Positions 37,401 through 52,600 of a stretch of DNA of 64,000 nucleotides are shown piece by piece. A program made the position numbers and the translations under genes. The stretch comes from Amphiscolops sp. MND2022 (lineage: Eukaryota). Positions within the stretch are counted from its first letter, which is position 1; each line of letters starts with the position of its first letter. Below the pieces are notes generated by a model. The model was not told the origin of the DNA. It saw only the letters and a program-made list of their open reading frames with translations, and searched no databases. The stretch lies in the NCBI GenBank assembly GCA_964187785.1, contig OZ076409.1:23934001-23998000 (forward strand), read 5' to 3'.

Positions 37401-40400
37401 AACGTGGGCCACTGGTCTATCGATTGGTTATAAAAAGTTTTTAATTACTGCTGCACGGCGTGAATAACATGCCAAGATGTGGTATTTAGCATTTTTTTTC
37501 ACGACTCGGACCTACAAAAGGCCCATTTCTGCTCCACCAACGGTCCGTACGGTCTTCGACCATAAGGTCTAAAAGTGTCAGTGTGCCATGGTGACGCCCA
37601 AAAACCCATCAGAACACTTGTATAGTGCTTCTGAAAAATTTTGGAATTTTTAGGTTAGTCCGAGAGTTTTAGAGAGTTATGTTGTCACATAGTAAGTACA
37701 TTTCGGGTATGTATATCTCCTGACAGAGTACAGATAGCATCATGGGTCACCTTTTCGAAAAAGAACGTGGGCCAATGGTCTATCGATTGGTTACAAAAAG
37801 TTTTCAATTTCTGCTGCACGGTGTGAACAATATGACAAGATGTGGTATTTAGCAATTTTTTGCACGACTCGGACCTACAAATGGCCCATTTCTGCTCCAC
37901 CAACGGTCCGTACGGTCTTCGACCATAAGGTCAAAAAGTGTCACTGTGCTATGGTGACGCCCACAAACCCATCAGTTCACTTCTAGAATGCTTCTGAAAA
38001 AATTTGGAATTTTTAGGTGAGTCCGAGTGTAATAGAGAGTTATTTTGTCACATCGTAACTACATTTCGGCTACGTATATCTCCTGACAGAGTACAGATAG
38101 CAACATGGGTCATCTTTTGGAAAGTAAACGTTGGCCACTGGCCTACCAAATGGTGATAAAAAGTTTCCACCAGTTGCTACAGGGAGTGATGAAAATGCTT
38201 ACAAGTGTTACTTAGCATTTTCTCAGGCGACTCGGACTTACAAGAAGGTCATTTGCTCGCCAACAACGGTCTGTACGGTCTCCATCCATAAGGTCAAAAA
38301 TTTTTCGTGGGCTTTGGTGACGCCCAAAAACCCATCAGTTTACTTGTGGGATCATTCTGTAAAAATTTAGTGTTTTCTTGCAGACTGTGTTGCATATTAC
38401 ATTGGGAACCGTGTTTTTTGCTCAACAAAATCATGTTTTTGAGTGCCGAAAAACAATTTTTAAAGCCCAGTAGCCACCTAAATTGTTCTTTTGCATAACA
38501 TGGGATGTGAATAACGTAAAGAAAGTGCTCACTGTAGATTTGGAGTCGTATCGGAAAAATCAGCTGCCATTAGACGTTACATTACAGAAAATCGTAGCTT
38601 ACATATCGATATATGGGTTGAGTGAAAATCATCTAAAGTGCTTTTTCACTCAATCAAGACTCTGTTTTGGTCATAACTAAGTGTACAGCTGACGTGGAAC
38701 ACATAATGACCTTTGACAATGGTTACATTGCGAATTTGAGTGCCAAAAGCCCCGTTGACAAACAAAAATTCGAGATAAAATTTGTTTCCAAATCGTTTTT
38801 TGACGTATAGGACCACCAATTTTTGCCCACAAACATCAACTATCCACTTTTGTTAGTCCCGTGGCATGTGAAAAAGACAACTGGGGCTTGACAAGGCACA
38901 TACACTATACTTATAGTAGTCATGAACAACAATATTTACTATTCAACAGTGAAATTCTTCAAAAATTGATAAAACATCCAATTTTTGGTGGAGTCGAATT
39001 AAGAAAATGGAATTTTATCAGCAACTTTTGCTTTCTAGAGCAACCCACTGGCACTGTAACTTAGGAAAATGATGTTTACAGAAGTTTCAAGGTCATTTTC
39101 AGAGTGTGAGGTACCTAAAAATATCATACTGAATAGACGCATGATTTCTACTTCAGAATTTTTCCGGATCAGTCACCACTTATTTGGTATCGGCGGTCCT
39201 ACTAACACTGTTTTTTGTCTAACAATAAACCTGAGGATCAACCAAGATGGTCACCAGACTTTTAAAAACAATGCAAGGCATTTCGACATGTCATGAGTAG
39301 TGATCAGAAGAGATATTTCTCAAAAATTCATGTTTTGTGTCATATTTAATTCCACCTTTTTTTAATCGCTGCTTGTCGGTTATGGTATTAACGCTCAGCA
39401 ACGAGCATACTGACAACAAACAACTTGTTTACAGTTATAGAAAGTGTTTATAAAACTACCATGCTTGTTCTTGACAGATTTTTCAACCCATTCGTTCTGA
39501 ACATGAATAAATTTGTTCCCAAAAACCCAATTTTTGCATGGGCGAAAATTGAATTTTTGTCTTTTGAGCAACAATATTGTGTCTAACATAACCTGTGGCC
39601 CTCAAAATACTCAAAAACGAAAGTGTTACTGGTTTCAAATGCTTCAGTGACATGTGAGTCGCGATAACACGTTTTGCAAAGAAAATATCAACTTTCCAGT
39701 GAAATTTTCGAAGAAACATTTTCACAATAAAACTGAATACATAGAAAAGCTACCTATTTCCCCTCAATTACTATTGATGCAGTATCAGTGTTGCGAATTT
39801 GAGGTCTATAGTGGGATGTATGGGACAACTGTGGCGCATAAAGCATTGTGCAACACAAAATTTCTCAAAGTACTCATATGTTTTCACTATACTTTTTGCA
39901 CTTTATCTCTACAATCTGATGCTGTAAACATCGTTCAGCAATTCCATTCAATAACCAAATTAAACACTAAATATCTGTCAAAGTGATTATTCTTTCACTA
40001 TTTTTAAAAATCCCCTGTTTCCGTTCAAACATGTCACAAGTTGTACATGTCAAAGTTCAGTATTACATGAAATTACGAAGACAGAATTGCCTTAACGTAA
40101 GCTAACCAAATTTTAAAAGCCCTGAAACCTTACTCACAGCCATGACGTTTGTTCATTAGAAGATTATGATTCAACTATGTTTTCTTTGGAAACAATTGAT
40201 AACTGAATCTTGTGATAGCCTTTGAAGTTGACCTTGTGTCAACTTGCCAAGGCTATCACTGCACAAAACAAAAAACAGGACTTGTTCATCTTCCCATGTG
40301 GCTGTTGGCAACCTTGCTAATTATTCCTTTGTCCCTTTGTTTTATAACATGTACTCAGCTGACGTTCACATCAGTATTTGATGACTACCAATAATTTCAA

Positions 40401-41295
40401 AGACTGTATTTTTTCTTTTTGTCTGTGCAAATGTTTCCTAAAATACCAACTCCAAACTGATAATATTTATGTAGAACGTTTATGGAACGTCTATTGAACT
40501 CTGTTCTCCTTTGTCCACTCCACAAAATCCCCTATCTCCTCCACCTTACAATAAATCATATGTTTTGTTGAAGGCTTTGATTAGTAGCGTCATAGTACAA
40601 AAAAAATCGGATGGAGTGTATGCATTTAATATTATTTAAAATTAGCGAATTGTGGTTAAAAATTATGCACAAGTTAAAATACTTAATGAAAATACACATT
40701 GTTTTGTAAATCACATAACACAAAATTCAATTGAAAATTGGTTCAACCCCTAATTTTTCCAAGTAATTTTTTTAGCGATTGTATAATAAATTCAATTTGT
40801 AAATTAAACAATAACTTTTTTTCACTTACCATATAGCAACCTTTAAATTCTCAGTTCTCTAGTGCCTCAAATTCAGGTATTGTTTGTTCGGAACTTAGTT
40901 TACTTGACTTCTTTTTCTGTTGATCGTTTTTTTGAATCCAACAATTTGAAACACATAACTTACTTTCATCTCCTTCTCTGTGAAAACAAATGTAATATCT
41001 GAAGTGTAAGTTCCGCGGCCAAATCTTTTTTTTTCAGAGCAACATACAAAACAAAATGATCAGTTTTTTTCCTGTTTACTAAACATTCCTGCTGAGATAC
41101 AAAGAATTGCAACCGCCGATGGTGCTAATTTTTGATTTGGTCTGAAGCTCAATATCGATTTGGTCAAACGGAACTACATGTTTACATGTTCACCGGTTAA
41201 CAACTACCCTTTTCTAAATACGTGAAGGAATCACACGATCCTTGTCCATCCTTGTGACAACTGCTTAATCCTCGTGGTTTGTTTAGCCTCCAGCG
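31458..41295 (-). repeat. Two tandem ~4.9-kb units, each with five ~355-bp internal subrepeats
   Basis: Colinear homology of 31458-36359 with 36360-41295; AACGGTCnnnACGGTC at ~31925, 32281, 32634, 32986, 33349 and ~36833, 37186, 37539, 37902, 38265. Confidence 0.85.
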
Positions 41296-44200
41296 CTAGG
41301 TGGGCGGGGATTTCACCCCAAAAAAAACTAGAGCGGCGGGTAGGGTCCTGCCGCGAACTCCCAAAACAGCTAACGCTTATAAGAAAAAGCACACCCTCAA
41401 CAGCCTATTTTAAAATCTAACCGTACGATTCTTCTCATTTTTTGCATGCGGCCCTAATTTGCCCATACGAGACGAAGTTCCTGCTGACGTTAAGCCCTAA
41501 AAACATTATAAAAAAAGTTATGGCCAATTTTTGGTCCCCATTAGATGTAAAAATCATGAAATTTTTCATAAAAGGGCAAATATCTCTAAATGCAATAATT
41601 TTTCGATTTTGACTGTGAAACAAGCTCGGAACCTTCATTTCGTGACCGTGGCAATGCACTAAGCACAAAAGACGTAATTTTTTAACATTTTTTGAAAATT
41701 CGACAAACTCGATTTTTTTTTCACTACTATCAGTACCTCATATGTCAAAAACACCTCTGAAAAAGTTTTTTATTTGCTTTAAATTGGAAACCTTGGTATT
41801 CATGGTTTCTGATGGAACCTACTCGCTGCCACAGACTCAACAGTGAGCATCAATTGTGAAATTAAAATTTTTTTCGATGTCATAAGTGTTTCACAAGGTT
41901 TTCATAACTTAGTAATAAATTACAAGTTGATCATTTTCAACATAATATTTTTGTCGAGACATGTCAAATATAGTCTAAATGCTCACGAACGGTCCTACTG
42001 GCAACGTAGGAACCATTTATATTTTAAAAAAAGAATTTTAAAAAATTTTTCACCTGGTCTTCAGTCATTTTTCAGACATTCGGAACTTAACTTAGAAAAT
42101 TTTCGTCTCAAATACCCAATTTTGGTAAAGTCGAAATTTGAAATTCAGCTTTTGAAGCTAAATTATTTACTCTGACGTAACCAGTGGGGCTAATGATACT
42201 CAACAACACAGTTGAGACTGTTACCAGTGGCTCCAATGACATATGAACCGCGATAAGACGTTATTCAGAGCAAAACCCAAACATCGAAGTAAACATCTCG
42301 GAAGCCTGGGATCACAAGGAGAAGTGATTACCTCAAAAAAATACTATTTTTTGTCAATTACTATGTACACAGTATGCGTTGGGCAAGTTTCATTACTAAC
42401 ATGAGGGTTTTGAAGAAATTCGGTTGCTCAAGGCGTGGTATGGGACACAATTCTCTCATATACAACTAATTTTCCACAAACTTTTGGAGTATTATCTCTA
42501 AACGATAACTTAACTAAACTCTTTTTCATACCTATTTCAGTTATTAGGATATAGATGAACCCTGTTGTTGATAAGAAACCCTCAAATGTTATGTTTTTAA
42601 AAAAATTACCTTCGCATGTGTTACATTTGTAGCATGAAAAAAAGCAGACGTCTAAAAATACGCAATTTTACAAAGATAGGATTGCGATTATTGTACCCAA
42701 AAAATTTTAACTGCTTCTAACGCCCTCTTACGTACTGAAAATGATTGAAAAAACCGTTTACAATGCGCACATTAGCTTTTTCTACGTTCCAGGATGCACA
42801 ACTTTAGCACATTTTACATGTAGCTGTTAACTGATTCTTGTGATAGACTTTCAAGTTGGCCTTGTGTCAACTTGGCAAGGCTATCACCACAAAAAACTAT
42901 GAACAAAATTACTTCTCGTTTATAAGACAATGCTGTTGATGATTAACTTCGTGATTATATCCCACCGTTAGTACCATCCAGCAGGTCAGATAACAAATGC
43001 ATTCAGTCTTCGATAAAAACCTATGAAATCAAAAACATTTTTTATCGTTTTTTTTCTAAAAGTAGAATTTTATTTTATTACCAACCTAAAAAACTCTAAC
43101 TTTCACATTCGTTACCGTTATCAGCCACACCAATCGCGTGCGGCCTCGCAGTGTTAGTAGTACAACGCCACATAGCGTTCCGACGCCCACCGTCTGTGGG
43201 CATGCCGAGGCATGCCCTTCGACGACGTATGGCAAATTCGCCCCTGCGAGGTCACTACCGCGGTAGCAGCTAGGTGGGCGGGGAAATTTCACCCCGTTTG
43301 TATTCGGCCGACGGGTAGGGTCCTGGCGGCCGACGATCCGCCTTAAGCTAGCGGTATGTAGCAGAAATTGCAAAAAAAAAGACCTAAAATTTAATCTAAC
43401 CATTAGAATTTGCTCAAAATTTGCATGCGGCCCTCAAATCCTATTGCAAGACGAAGTTCCTGCTGACGCTAAGCGTTCTATAGACTTTATAAAAAGTTAT
43501 GGCCAATTTTTTGTTCAAAATTTCAACATTTTTGGGAAATTTCTAATTTTTCACTTAATATCTCTAAATGTGTTAATTTTTGGACTTTGACTGTGAAACA
43601 AGCTTGGAACCTTCATTTCGTGGCTGTGGCATTGCACTGAACACAAAAGATGTAAAGTTTTTACATTTTTCGAAAATTCGAGATTTTTGAAATTTTTTTC
43701 ACTACTATCAGTACCCCATATGTCAAAAACACATCAGAAAAAAATTTTTATTTGCTTTAAATTGGAAACCTTGGTATCCATGGTTTCTGTCGAAACCTAC
43801 TCGCTGCCAAACACTCAACAGTTTGCATCCAGTGTGAATTTAAAATTTTTTTCGAGGTCTTAGGTGTTTCACAAGGATTTCTCAACTTGGTTTTAATTTA
43901 CAAATTGGTCATTTTGAACACAATATTTTCATCGAGGCTTGTCGGCTATAGTCTTAATGATATAGAACGGTCCCACTGGCAACGTAGGAACCATTTACAG
44001 TAATAGAAAGTTTTAAAAAAATATTTTCACCCGGTCTTCAGTCATTTTTCAGTCATTCGGAACTTAACATAGAAAAATTTCGACCAAAATACCCATTTTT
44101 TATCAGGTCGAAAAATGAAATAAGGATTTTTAAGCAAAATTATTAACTCTGACGTAACCCATGGGGCCTATGATACTCAAAACAACAATTGACACTGGTA

Positions 44201-47200
44201 TCAAAGGCTCCAATAACATATGAGTCGCGATAAGACGTTATTTTGAGCAATACGTCTCAATTGAGGTAAAGATCTCGCAAGCCAGCGATCACTGTGAAAT
44301 GTGATTTCATCAAAAATTTACTCATTTTTGTCAATCACTATGTGCAGAGAGTGCGTAGGATGAGTTTCAGCACTATAATGAGGTTTTTGATGTAATCGGC
44401 CTGCTCAAGGGGGTGTATGAGACATTTTTTTCCCATATAGTACTATATTTTCCAAAATTTTTAGCCCATTATCTCAAAAACCTAACTTCGCAAAATGCTT
44501 TCAACTACTTTATTCTAAGGTTAGAATATGAATGAACACTGTGGTTGATCAGAACCTCTCAATTTTTTTTGTTTTCCGAAAAAATACCTTCGCATGGGTT
44601 ACATTTATGGCAGAAGAGAAAGCAGAAGATAAAAAATACGCTATTTTGCTAAGATAGAAACGCAATGATTGTNNNNNNNNNNNNNNNNNNNNNNNNNNNN
44701 NNNNNNNNNNNNNNNNNNNNNNNNNNNNNNNNNNNNNNNNNNNNNNNNNNNNNNNNNNNNNNNNNNNNNNNNNNNNNNNNNNNNNNNNNNNNNNNNNNNN
44801 NNNNNNNNNNNNNNNNNNNNNNNNNNNNNNNNNNNNNNNNNNNNNNNNNNNNNNNNNNNNNNNNNNNNNNNNATGACTGAAGACCGGCTGAAAAATATTT
44901 TTTAAAACTTTCAATTACTATAAATGGTTCCTACGTTGCCAGTGGAACGGTTCTAGAACATTAAGGCTATAGCCGACAAGCCTCGATGAAAATATTGTGT
45001 TCAAAATGACCATTTTATAATTTGAAACTAAGTTGTGAAATCCTTGTGATTCACCTATGACTCAGAAAAATTTTTTATTTTCACATTGGATGCAAGCTGT
45101 TGGGTGTTTGGCAGCGAGTAAGTTCTATTAGAAACCATGGATACCAAGGTTACCAATTTAAAGCAAATAAAAATTTTTTCTGAGGTGTTTTTGACATATG
45201 GGGTACTGATAGTAGTAAATAAAATTTCAAAAATGTCGAATTTTCGAAAAATGTAAAAACTTTACGTCTTTTGTGTTTAATGCAATGCAATAGACACGAA
45301 ATGAAGGTTCCGAGCTTGTAAAACAGTCAATGTCTAAAAATTACTGCATTTTAAGATATTAGCCAATTTCTAAAAATTTTTTTGAAAATGTTCAATTTTT
45401 CGACCAAAAAACGCCCATAACTTTTTTTATAATGTTTCTATCGCTTAACGTCAGCAGGAACTTCCATTCGTATGCAAATTTTAGGGCCGCATGCAATCTA
45501 CGAACAAATTCTAATGGTTAGTTTTTAAAATCGGCGTTTTTGTGGGCTTTTTGCGCTAAACAGCAAGCTTCATGATTAAGGACGGCCGTCAGGACCCTAC
45601 CCGCCGGCCGGGGACAAACGGGGGGAATAACCCCGCGCACCTAGCCGCTACCGCACTCCAGAGTGCGGAAAAGGCTCATTTGGTATACGTCGTCGAAGGG
45701 CATGCCTCGGCATGCCCACAGACTATGGGCGTCGGAACGCTATGTGACGCGGCGTTGTAATAAGGACATACATTGCGAGGACGTTGGGGATGGCTGGGGA
45801 TGATAACGGTCGAAAAGATAGACGTTATACTTCCTAGTGGTTTTAATTATTCCAATTAGGTTTTTTTAATTATTTGTTTTTATTTTTTGTAAACAAAAAA
45901 AAAGAATTTTCTTCAAGTTCATACATTCTTATCAAACACTGGAAGCAATCGTTAGCTGACCTGATGGAAGTATCTTACGATATGATCGAATTACGAAAAT
46001 AGGCATCGACAGCAAAATCAAACTAACAAATGGTAATTTTGTTTATAGTTTTTTGTGGTGATAGCCTTCCCAAGTTGACACAAGGCCAACTTAAAAGGCT
46101 ATCACAAGATTCAGTTTAAAGCTACATGTAAAATTTTCAAAAAAAGTGCAGTCTGGATTGTAGAAAGAGTACATGTGAGGACTGTGAACGGTATTTCCAA
46201 TCCTATTCGATCCATAAGGTTGCGTTAGAAGTATTTAAAGGGTATTTAGGCACAATCATCGCGTTTCTATCTTAGCAAAATAGCGTATTTTTTATCTTCT
46301 GCTTTCTTTTCTGCCATAAATGTAACCCATGCGAAGGTATTATTTCGGAAAACAAAAAAATGAGAGGTTCTGATCAACCACAGTGTTCATTCATATTCTA
46401 ACCTTAGAATAAAGTAATTGAAAGCATTTTGCGAAGTTAGGTTTTTGAGATAATGGGCTAAAATTTTTGGAAAATACAGTACTATATGGGAAAAAAATGT
46501 CTCATACACCCCCTTGAGCAGGCCGATTACTTCAAAAACCTCATTATAGTGCTGAAACTCATCCTATGCACTCTGTGTACATAGTAATTGACAAAAATAT
46601 GTAAACTTTTGGTGATCTCACATTTCACTGTGATCCCAGGCTTCCGAGATGTTTACTCCGATTTAGAGGTTTTGCTCTGAATAACGTCTTATCCCGACTC
46701 ATATGTTATTGGAGCCACTGGTATCAGTCCCAACGGTGTTGTTGAGTATCATGAGCCCCACTGGTTACGTCAGAGTAAAAAATTTTGCTTCAAGTGCTGA
46801 AATTCAAATTTCGACTTCACCAAAAATGGGTATTCGAGACGAAAATTTTCTAAGTTAAGTTCCGAATGACTGAAAAATGACTGAAGACCGGGTGAAAAAA
46901 TTTTTTTAAAACTTTCTATTACTATAAATGGTTCCTACGTTGCCAGTGGGACCGTTCTATAACATTAAGACTATAGCCGACAAGCCTCGATGAAAATATT
47001 GTGTTCAAAATGACCAATTTGTAAATTAAAACCATGTTGAGAAATCCTTGTGAAACACCTAAGACCTCGAAAAAAATTTTAAATTCACACTGGATGCAAA
47101 CTGTTGGGTGTTTGGCAGCGAGTAGATTCCGACAGAAACCATGGATACCAAGGTTTCCAATTTAAAGCAAATAAAAAATTTTTTCTGATGTGTTTTTGAC

Positions 47201-49623
47201 ATATGGGGTACTGATAGTAGTGAAAAAAAATTCAAAAATCTCGAATTTTCGAAAAATGTAAAAACTTTACATCTTTTGGGTTCAGTGCAATGCCACAGCC
47301 ACGAAATGAAGGTTCCAAGCTTGTTTCACAGTCAAAGTCCAAAAATTAACACATTTTGAGATATTAAGTGAAAAATTAGACATTTTCCAAAAATGTTGAA
47401 ATTTTGAACAAAAAATTGGCCATAACTTTTTATAAAGTTTATAGAACGCTTAGCGTCAGCAGGAACTTCGTCTTGCAATAGGATTTGAGGGCCGCATGCA
47501 AATTTTGAGCAAATTCTAATGGTTAGATTAAATTTTAGGTCTTTTTTTTGCAATTTCTGCTACATACCGCTAGCTTAAGGCGGATCGTCGGCCGCCAGGA
47601 CCCTACCCGTCGGCCGAATACAAACGGGGTGAAATTTCCCCGCCCACCTAGCTGCTACCGCGGTAGTGACCTCGCAGGGGCGAATTTGCCATACGTCGTC
47701 GAAGGGCATGCCTCGGCATGCCCACAGACGGTGGGCGTCGGAACGCTATGTGGCGTTGTACTACTAACACTGCGAGGCCGCACGCGATTGGTGTGGCTGA
47801 TAACGGTAACGAATGTGAAAGTTAGAGTTTTTTAAGTTGGTAATAAAATAAAATTCTACTTTTAGAAAAAAAACGATAAAAAATGTTTTTGATTTCATAG
47901 GTTTTTATCGAAGACTGAATGCAATTGTTATCTGACCTGCTGGATGGTACTAATGGTGGGATATAATCACGAAGTTAATCATCATCAGCATTGTCTTATA
48001 AACGAGAAGTAATTTTGTTCATAGTTTTTTGTGGTGATAGCCTTGCCAAGTTGACACAAGGCCAACTTGAAAGTCTATCACAAGAATCAGTTAACAGCTA
48101 CATGTAAAATGTGCTAAAGTTGTGCATCCTGGAACGTAGAAAAAGCTAATGTGCGCATTGTAAACGGTTTTTTCAATCATTTTGAGTACGTAAGAGGGCG
48201 TTAGAAGCAGTTAAAATTTTTTGGGTACAATAATCGCAATCCTATCTTTGTAAAATTGCGTATTTTTAGACGTCTGCTTTTTTTCATGCTACAAATGTAA
48301 CACATGCGAAGGTAATTTTTTTAAAAACATAACATTTGAGGGTTTCTTATCAACAACAGGGTTCATCTATACCCTAATAACTGAAATAGGTATGAAAAAG
48401 AGTTTAGTTAAGTTATCGTTTAGAGATAATACTCCAAAAGTTTGTGGAAAATTAGTTGTATATGAGAGAATTGTGTCCCATACCACCCCTTGAGCAACCG
48501 AATTTCTTCAAAACCCTCATGTTAGTAATGAAACTTGCCCAACGCATACTGTGTACATAGTAATTGACAAAAAATAGTAATTTTTTGAGGTAATCACTTC
48601 TCCTTGTGATCCCAGGCTTACGAGATGTTTACTTCGATGTTTGGGTTTTGCTCTGAATAACGTCTTATCGCGGTTCATATGTCATTGGAGCCACTGGTAA
48701 CAGTCTCAACTGTGTTGTTGAGTATCATTAGCCCCACTGGTTACGTCAGAGTAAATAATTTAGCTTCAAAAGCTGAATTTCAAATTTCGACTTTACCAAA
48801 ATTGGGTATTTGAGACGAAAATTTTCTAAGTTAAGTTCCGAATGTCTGAAAAATGACTGAAGACCAGGTGAAAAATTTTTTAAAATACTTTTTTTAAATA
48901 TAAATGGTTCCTACGTTGCCAGTAGGACCGTTCGTGAGCATTTAGACTATATCCGACATGTCTCGACAAAAATATTATGTTGAAAATGATCAATTTGTAA
49001 TTTATTACTAAGTTATGAAAACCTTGTGAAACACTTATGACATCGAAAAAAAATTTTATTTCATAATTGATGCTCACTGTTGAGTCTGTGGCAGCGAGTA
49101 GGTTCCATCAGAAACCATGAATACCAAGGTTTCCAATTTAAAGCAAATAAAAAACTTTTTCAGAGGTGTTTTTGACATATGAGGTACTGATAGTAGTGAA
49201 AAAAAATCGAGTTTGTCGAATTTTCAAAAAATGTTAAAAGTTTACGTCTTTTGTGCTTAGTGCATTGCCTCGGTCACGAAATGAAGGTTCCGAGCTTGTT
49301 TCACAGTCAAAATCGAAAAATTATTGCATTTAGAGATATTTGCCCTTTTATGAAAAATTTCATGATTTTTACATCTAATGGGGACCAAAAATTGGCCATA
49401 ACTTTTTTTATAATGTTTTTAGGGCTTAACGTCAGCAGGAACTTCGTCTCGTATGGGCAAATTAGGGCCGCATGCAAAAAATGAGAAGAATCGTACGGTT
49501 AGATTTTAAAATCGGCTGTTGAGGGTGTGCTTTTTCTTATAAGCGTTAGCTGTTTTGGGAGTTCGCGGCAGGACCCTACCCGCCGCTCTAGTTTTTTTTG
49601 GGGTGAAATCCCCGCCCACCTAG
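41296..49623. repeat. Large inverted duplication of 2-kb units around the gap
   Basis: 41296-43269 is a near-identical reverse complement of 47652-49623; 43270-44672 matches the 3' parts of 45645-47651 and 50895-52900. Confidence 0.9.
44673..44872. other. Assembly gap (200 N)
   Basis: N run. Confidence 1.
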
Positions 49624-52600
49624 CGGGAAAAGACTGTGTGGCATTGGGTATTTGGCATACGTCGTCGAAAGGCATGCCTCGGCATGCCTACGGACGGTGG
49701 GCGTTGATGTTTGGATGTGGAAGTCGGCTAAACAAGAAGAAACACTTAAGACAAAAACCATTCAATCTGACTAAAGTTTTAGTATTTTTTGCTGTAGCGA
49801 TTCGGCAAACGCAACTCACACTTGTTTACTTAGTTAAGTCCATCAAACATGTGAACTTTACAAGGCATTTGGCAACGTACATTCCCATCTCCCCTGAGAG
49901 GGAGATGGAATGTACTCAACTGCATAAGATTCTAAGAGAAACAAAGACTTGTATGAAATATATCACAGTTTCTAATAAGTCCCAAATACATCCGCTATAC
50001 ACTACGGGAATGTACACATACTTCAGACATCCCGACTGACCCATCGGAACCTTTTCCAGATTCTTTTCATGCGTTATTGTTTGAAAATTAATGAAAATTA
50101 GGATTTTCACTACTGTGATCACGTGTTATACGTTACTCAAAAGATCATAAGTCAACATCAAGTAAAGATAAAAAGACGTTCTAAACGGCATTTTTCTCGC
50201 CAAGTGCAGGGCTTTCCACAGGCATTCACTTGCAATACTAGTTGTGTGGAAGTTTCTTCACTTTGAGCGGCCTGAACTTTTTTAGAAAAAATTTGAAAAT
50301 ATTTGAAAAACTTCTAAGTCCCATAACTTTTCACTGGGGAATGCTGGAACGCTGAAACCTCGTATTTAGGGCCAAATGGTTTTGTTGGAAGGAAATTGGG
50401 CCAGGGGAGGCCTTTAGGAGAGGGTCTCGAAAAAAATTTGGGCAAAAAACGGTAGAGATAGACTGCATTTGCGAAAAATTTCGCCGGAAAAACGTCAATT
50501 TCTCCACATGTGATTATCCGATTTCCTTCAAACTTACTGTGTGCACTGCTCTAACAGTCTGCTGCAGGTTTGGGTCCTGAAAAATTGTGCTCCGAGCCCT
50601 GTCTGAGGAGATAATGTCACATTTTTGGTCAAAAAGTGAAAATTTCGTCATTTTGGGGTCCGTTTTTTTCATATATCTCGTCTCACAATGAAACCAGGAG
50701 AAAATGACCTCCTACACTTTTTCATTGCTCGCCAATTGGGGGCCACATGCAAATTTTCAGGAAAATCGTACGGGCCAGTTTTGAGATCGTCTCCGATTCG
50801 GGCCATTTGCCGGGAGTATATTTTCACCAGGTCGGCGCAGGACCCTACCCGCGCCTCAGGGCTAAAAGTCCATCTAAAAGACGCGGCCACCTAGCTGCTA
50901 CCGCACTCCAGAGTGCGGGTAAGGCTTATTTGGCATACGTCGTCGAAGGGCATGCCTCGGCATGCCCACAGACGGTTGGCGTTGATGTTGGTATGTGGCG
51001 TTGTTATACAAATCACAGGGTCATGACATAGGCTCAGATCATGGGTTACGGAAGACTGATAACGGAAGAGAAAACAAATGTGATAGTATTCAAAGGTTAG
51101 AAGTTGTTATTTATTATTTAGAAATAAAATTATTTACCAAATAATAAACAAAAATGTCTTCGAGTTCATAGGTATTTTTTCAAACTCTGCATGCTATCGT
51201 CAGCTGACATGATGGAAGATACTAACGGTAGTATACAATCACGAAAATAGGCATCGACAGCAAAATCCGATTAACAAATGGTAGTTTTGTTTATAGTTTT
51301 TGGTGGTGATAGCCTTCCCAAGTTGACACAAGGTCAACTTAAAAGGCTATCACAAGATTCAGTTTAAAGCTACATGTACAATTTTCAAAAAATGTGCAGT
51401 CTGGATTGTAGAAAGAGTACATGTGAGGACTGTGAACGGTATTTCCAATCATATTGGGTCCATAAGGTTGCGTTAGAAGTGTTTAAAGGATATTTAGGCT
51501 CAATCATTGCGTTTCTATCTTAGCAAAATAGCGTATTTTTTATCTTCTGCTTTCTCTTCTGCCATAAATGTAACCCATGCGAAGGTATTTTTTCGGAAAA
51601 CAAAAAAAATTGAGAGGTTCTGATCAACCACAGTTTTCATTCATATTCTAACCTTAGAATAAAGTATTTGAAAGCATTTTGCGAAGTTAGGTTTTTGAGA
51701 TAATGGGCTAAAAATTTTGGAAAATATAGTACTATATGGGAAAAAAATGTCTCATACACACCCTTGAGCAGGCCGATTACATCAAAAACCTCATTATAGT
51801 GCTGAAACTCATCCTACGCACTCTGTGCACATAGTGATTGACAAAAAATGAGTAAATTTTTGATGAATTCACATTTCACAGTGATCGCTGGCTTGCGAGA
51901 TCTTTACCTCAATTGGGACGTATTGCTCAAAATAACGTCTTATCGCGACTCATATGTTATTGGAGCCATTGATACCAGTGTCAATCGTTGTTTTGAGTAT
52001 CATAGGCCCCATGGATTACGTCGGAGTTAATAATTTTGCTTGAAAATCTTAATTTCATTTTTCGACCTGACAAAAAATGGGTATTTTGGTCGAAATTTTT
52101 CTAAGTTAAGTTCCGAATGACTGAAAAATGACTGAAGACGAGGTGAAAAATTTTTTTAAAACTTTCTATTGCTATAAATGGTTCCTACGTTGCCAGTAGG
52201 ACCGTTCTAGAACATTAAGGCTATAGCCGACAAGCCTCGATGAAAATATTGTGTTCAAAATGACCAACTTGTAAATTAAAACTAAGTTGTAAAATCCATG
52301 TGAAACGCTTATGACCCAAAAAAAATTTTTATTTTCACATTGGATGCAAACTGTTGGGTGTTTGGCTGCGAGTAGGTTCCGACAGTAACCATGGATACCA
52401 AGGTTTCCAATTTAAAGCAAATAAAAATTTTTTTCTGATGTGTTTTTGACATATGGGGTACTGATAGTAGTGAAAAAAATTCAAAAATCTCGAATTTTCG
52501 AAAAATGTAAAAACTTTACATCTTTTGTGTTCAGTGCAATGCCACAGCCACGAAATGAAGGTTCCAAGCTTGTTTCACAGTCAAAGTCCAAAAATTAACA

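Noticed and set aside
45591..45740. Known ribozyme (hammerhead, HDV, pistol) at the junctions
   Set aside because: No CTGAnGA/GAAA core or other complete consensus was recognisable on either strand.
41296..49623. Single TIR transposon (Academ-like TAG...CTA ends)
   Set aside because: No target duplication; the same terminus recurs in direct orientation many times, and the symmetry centre is near a gap.
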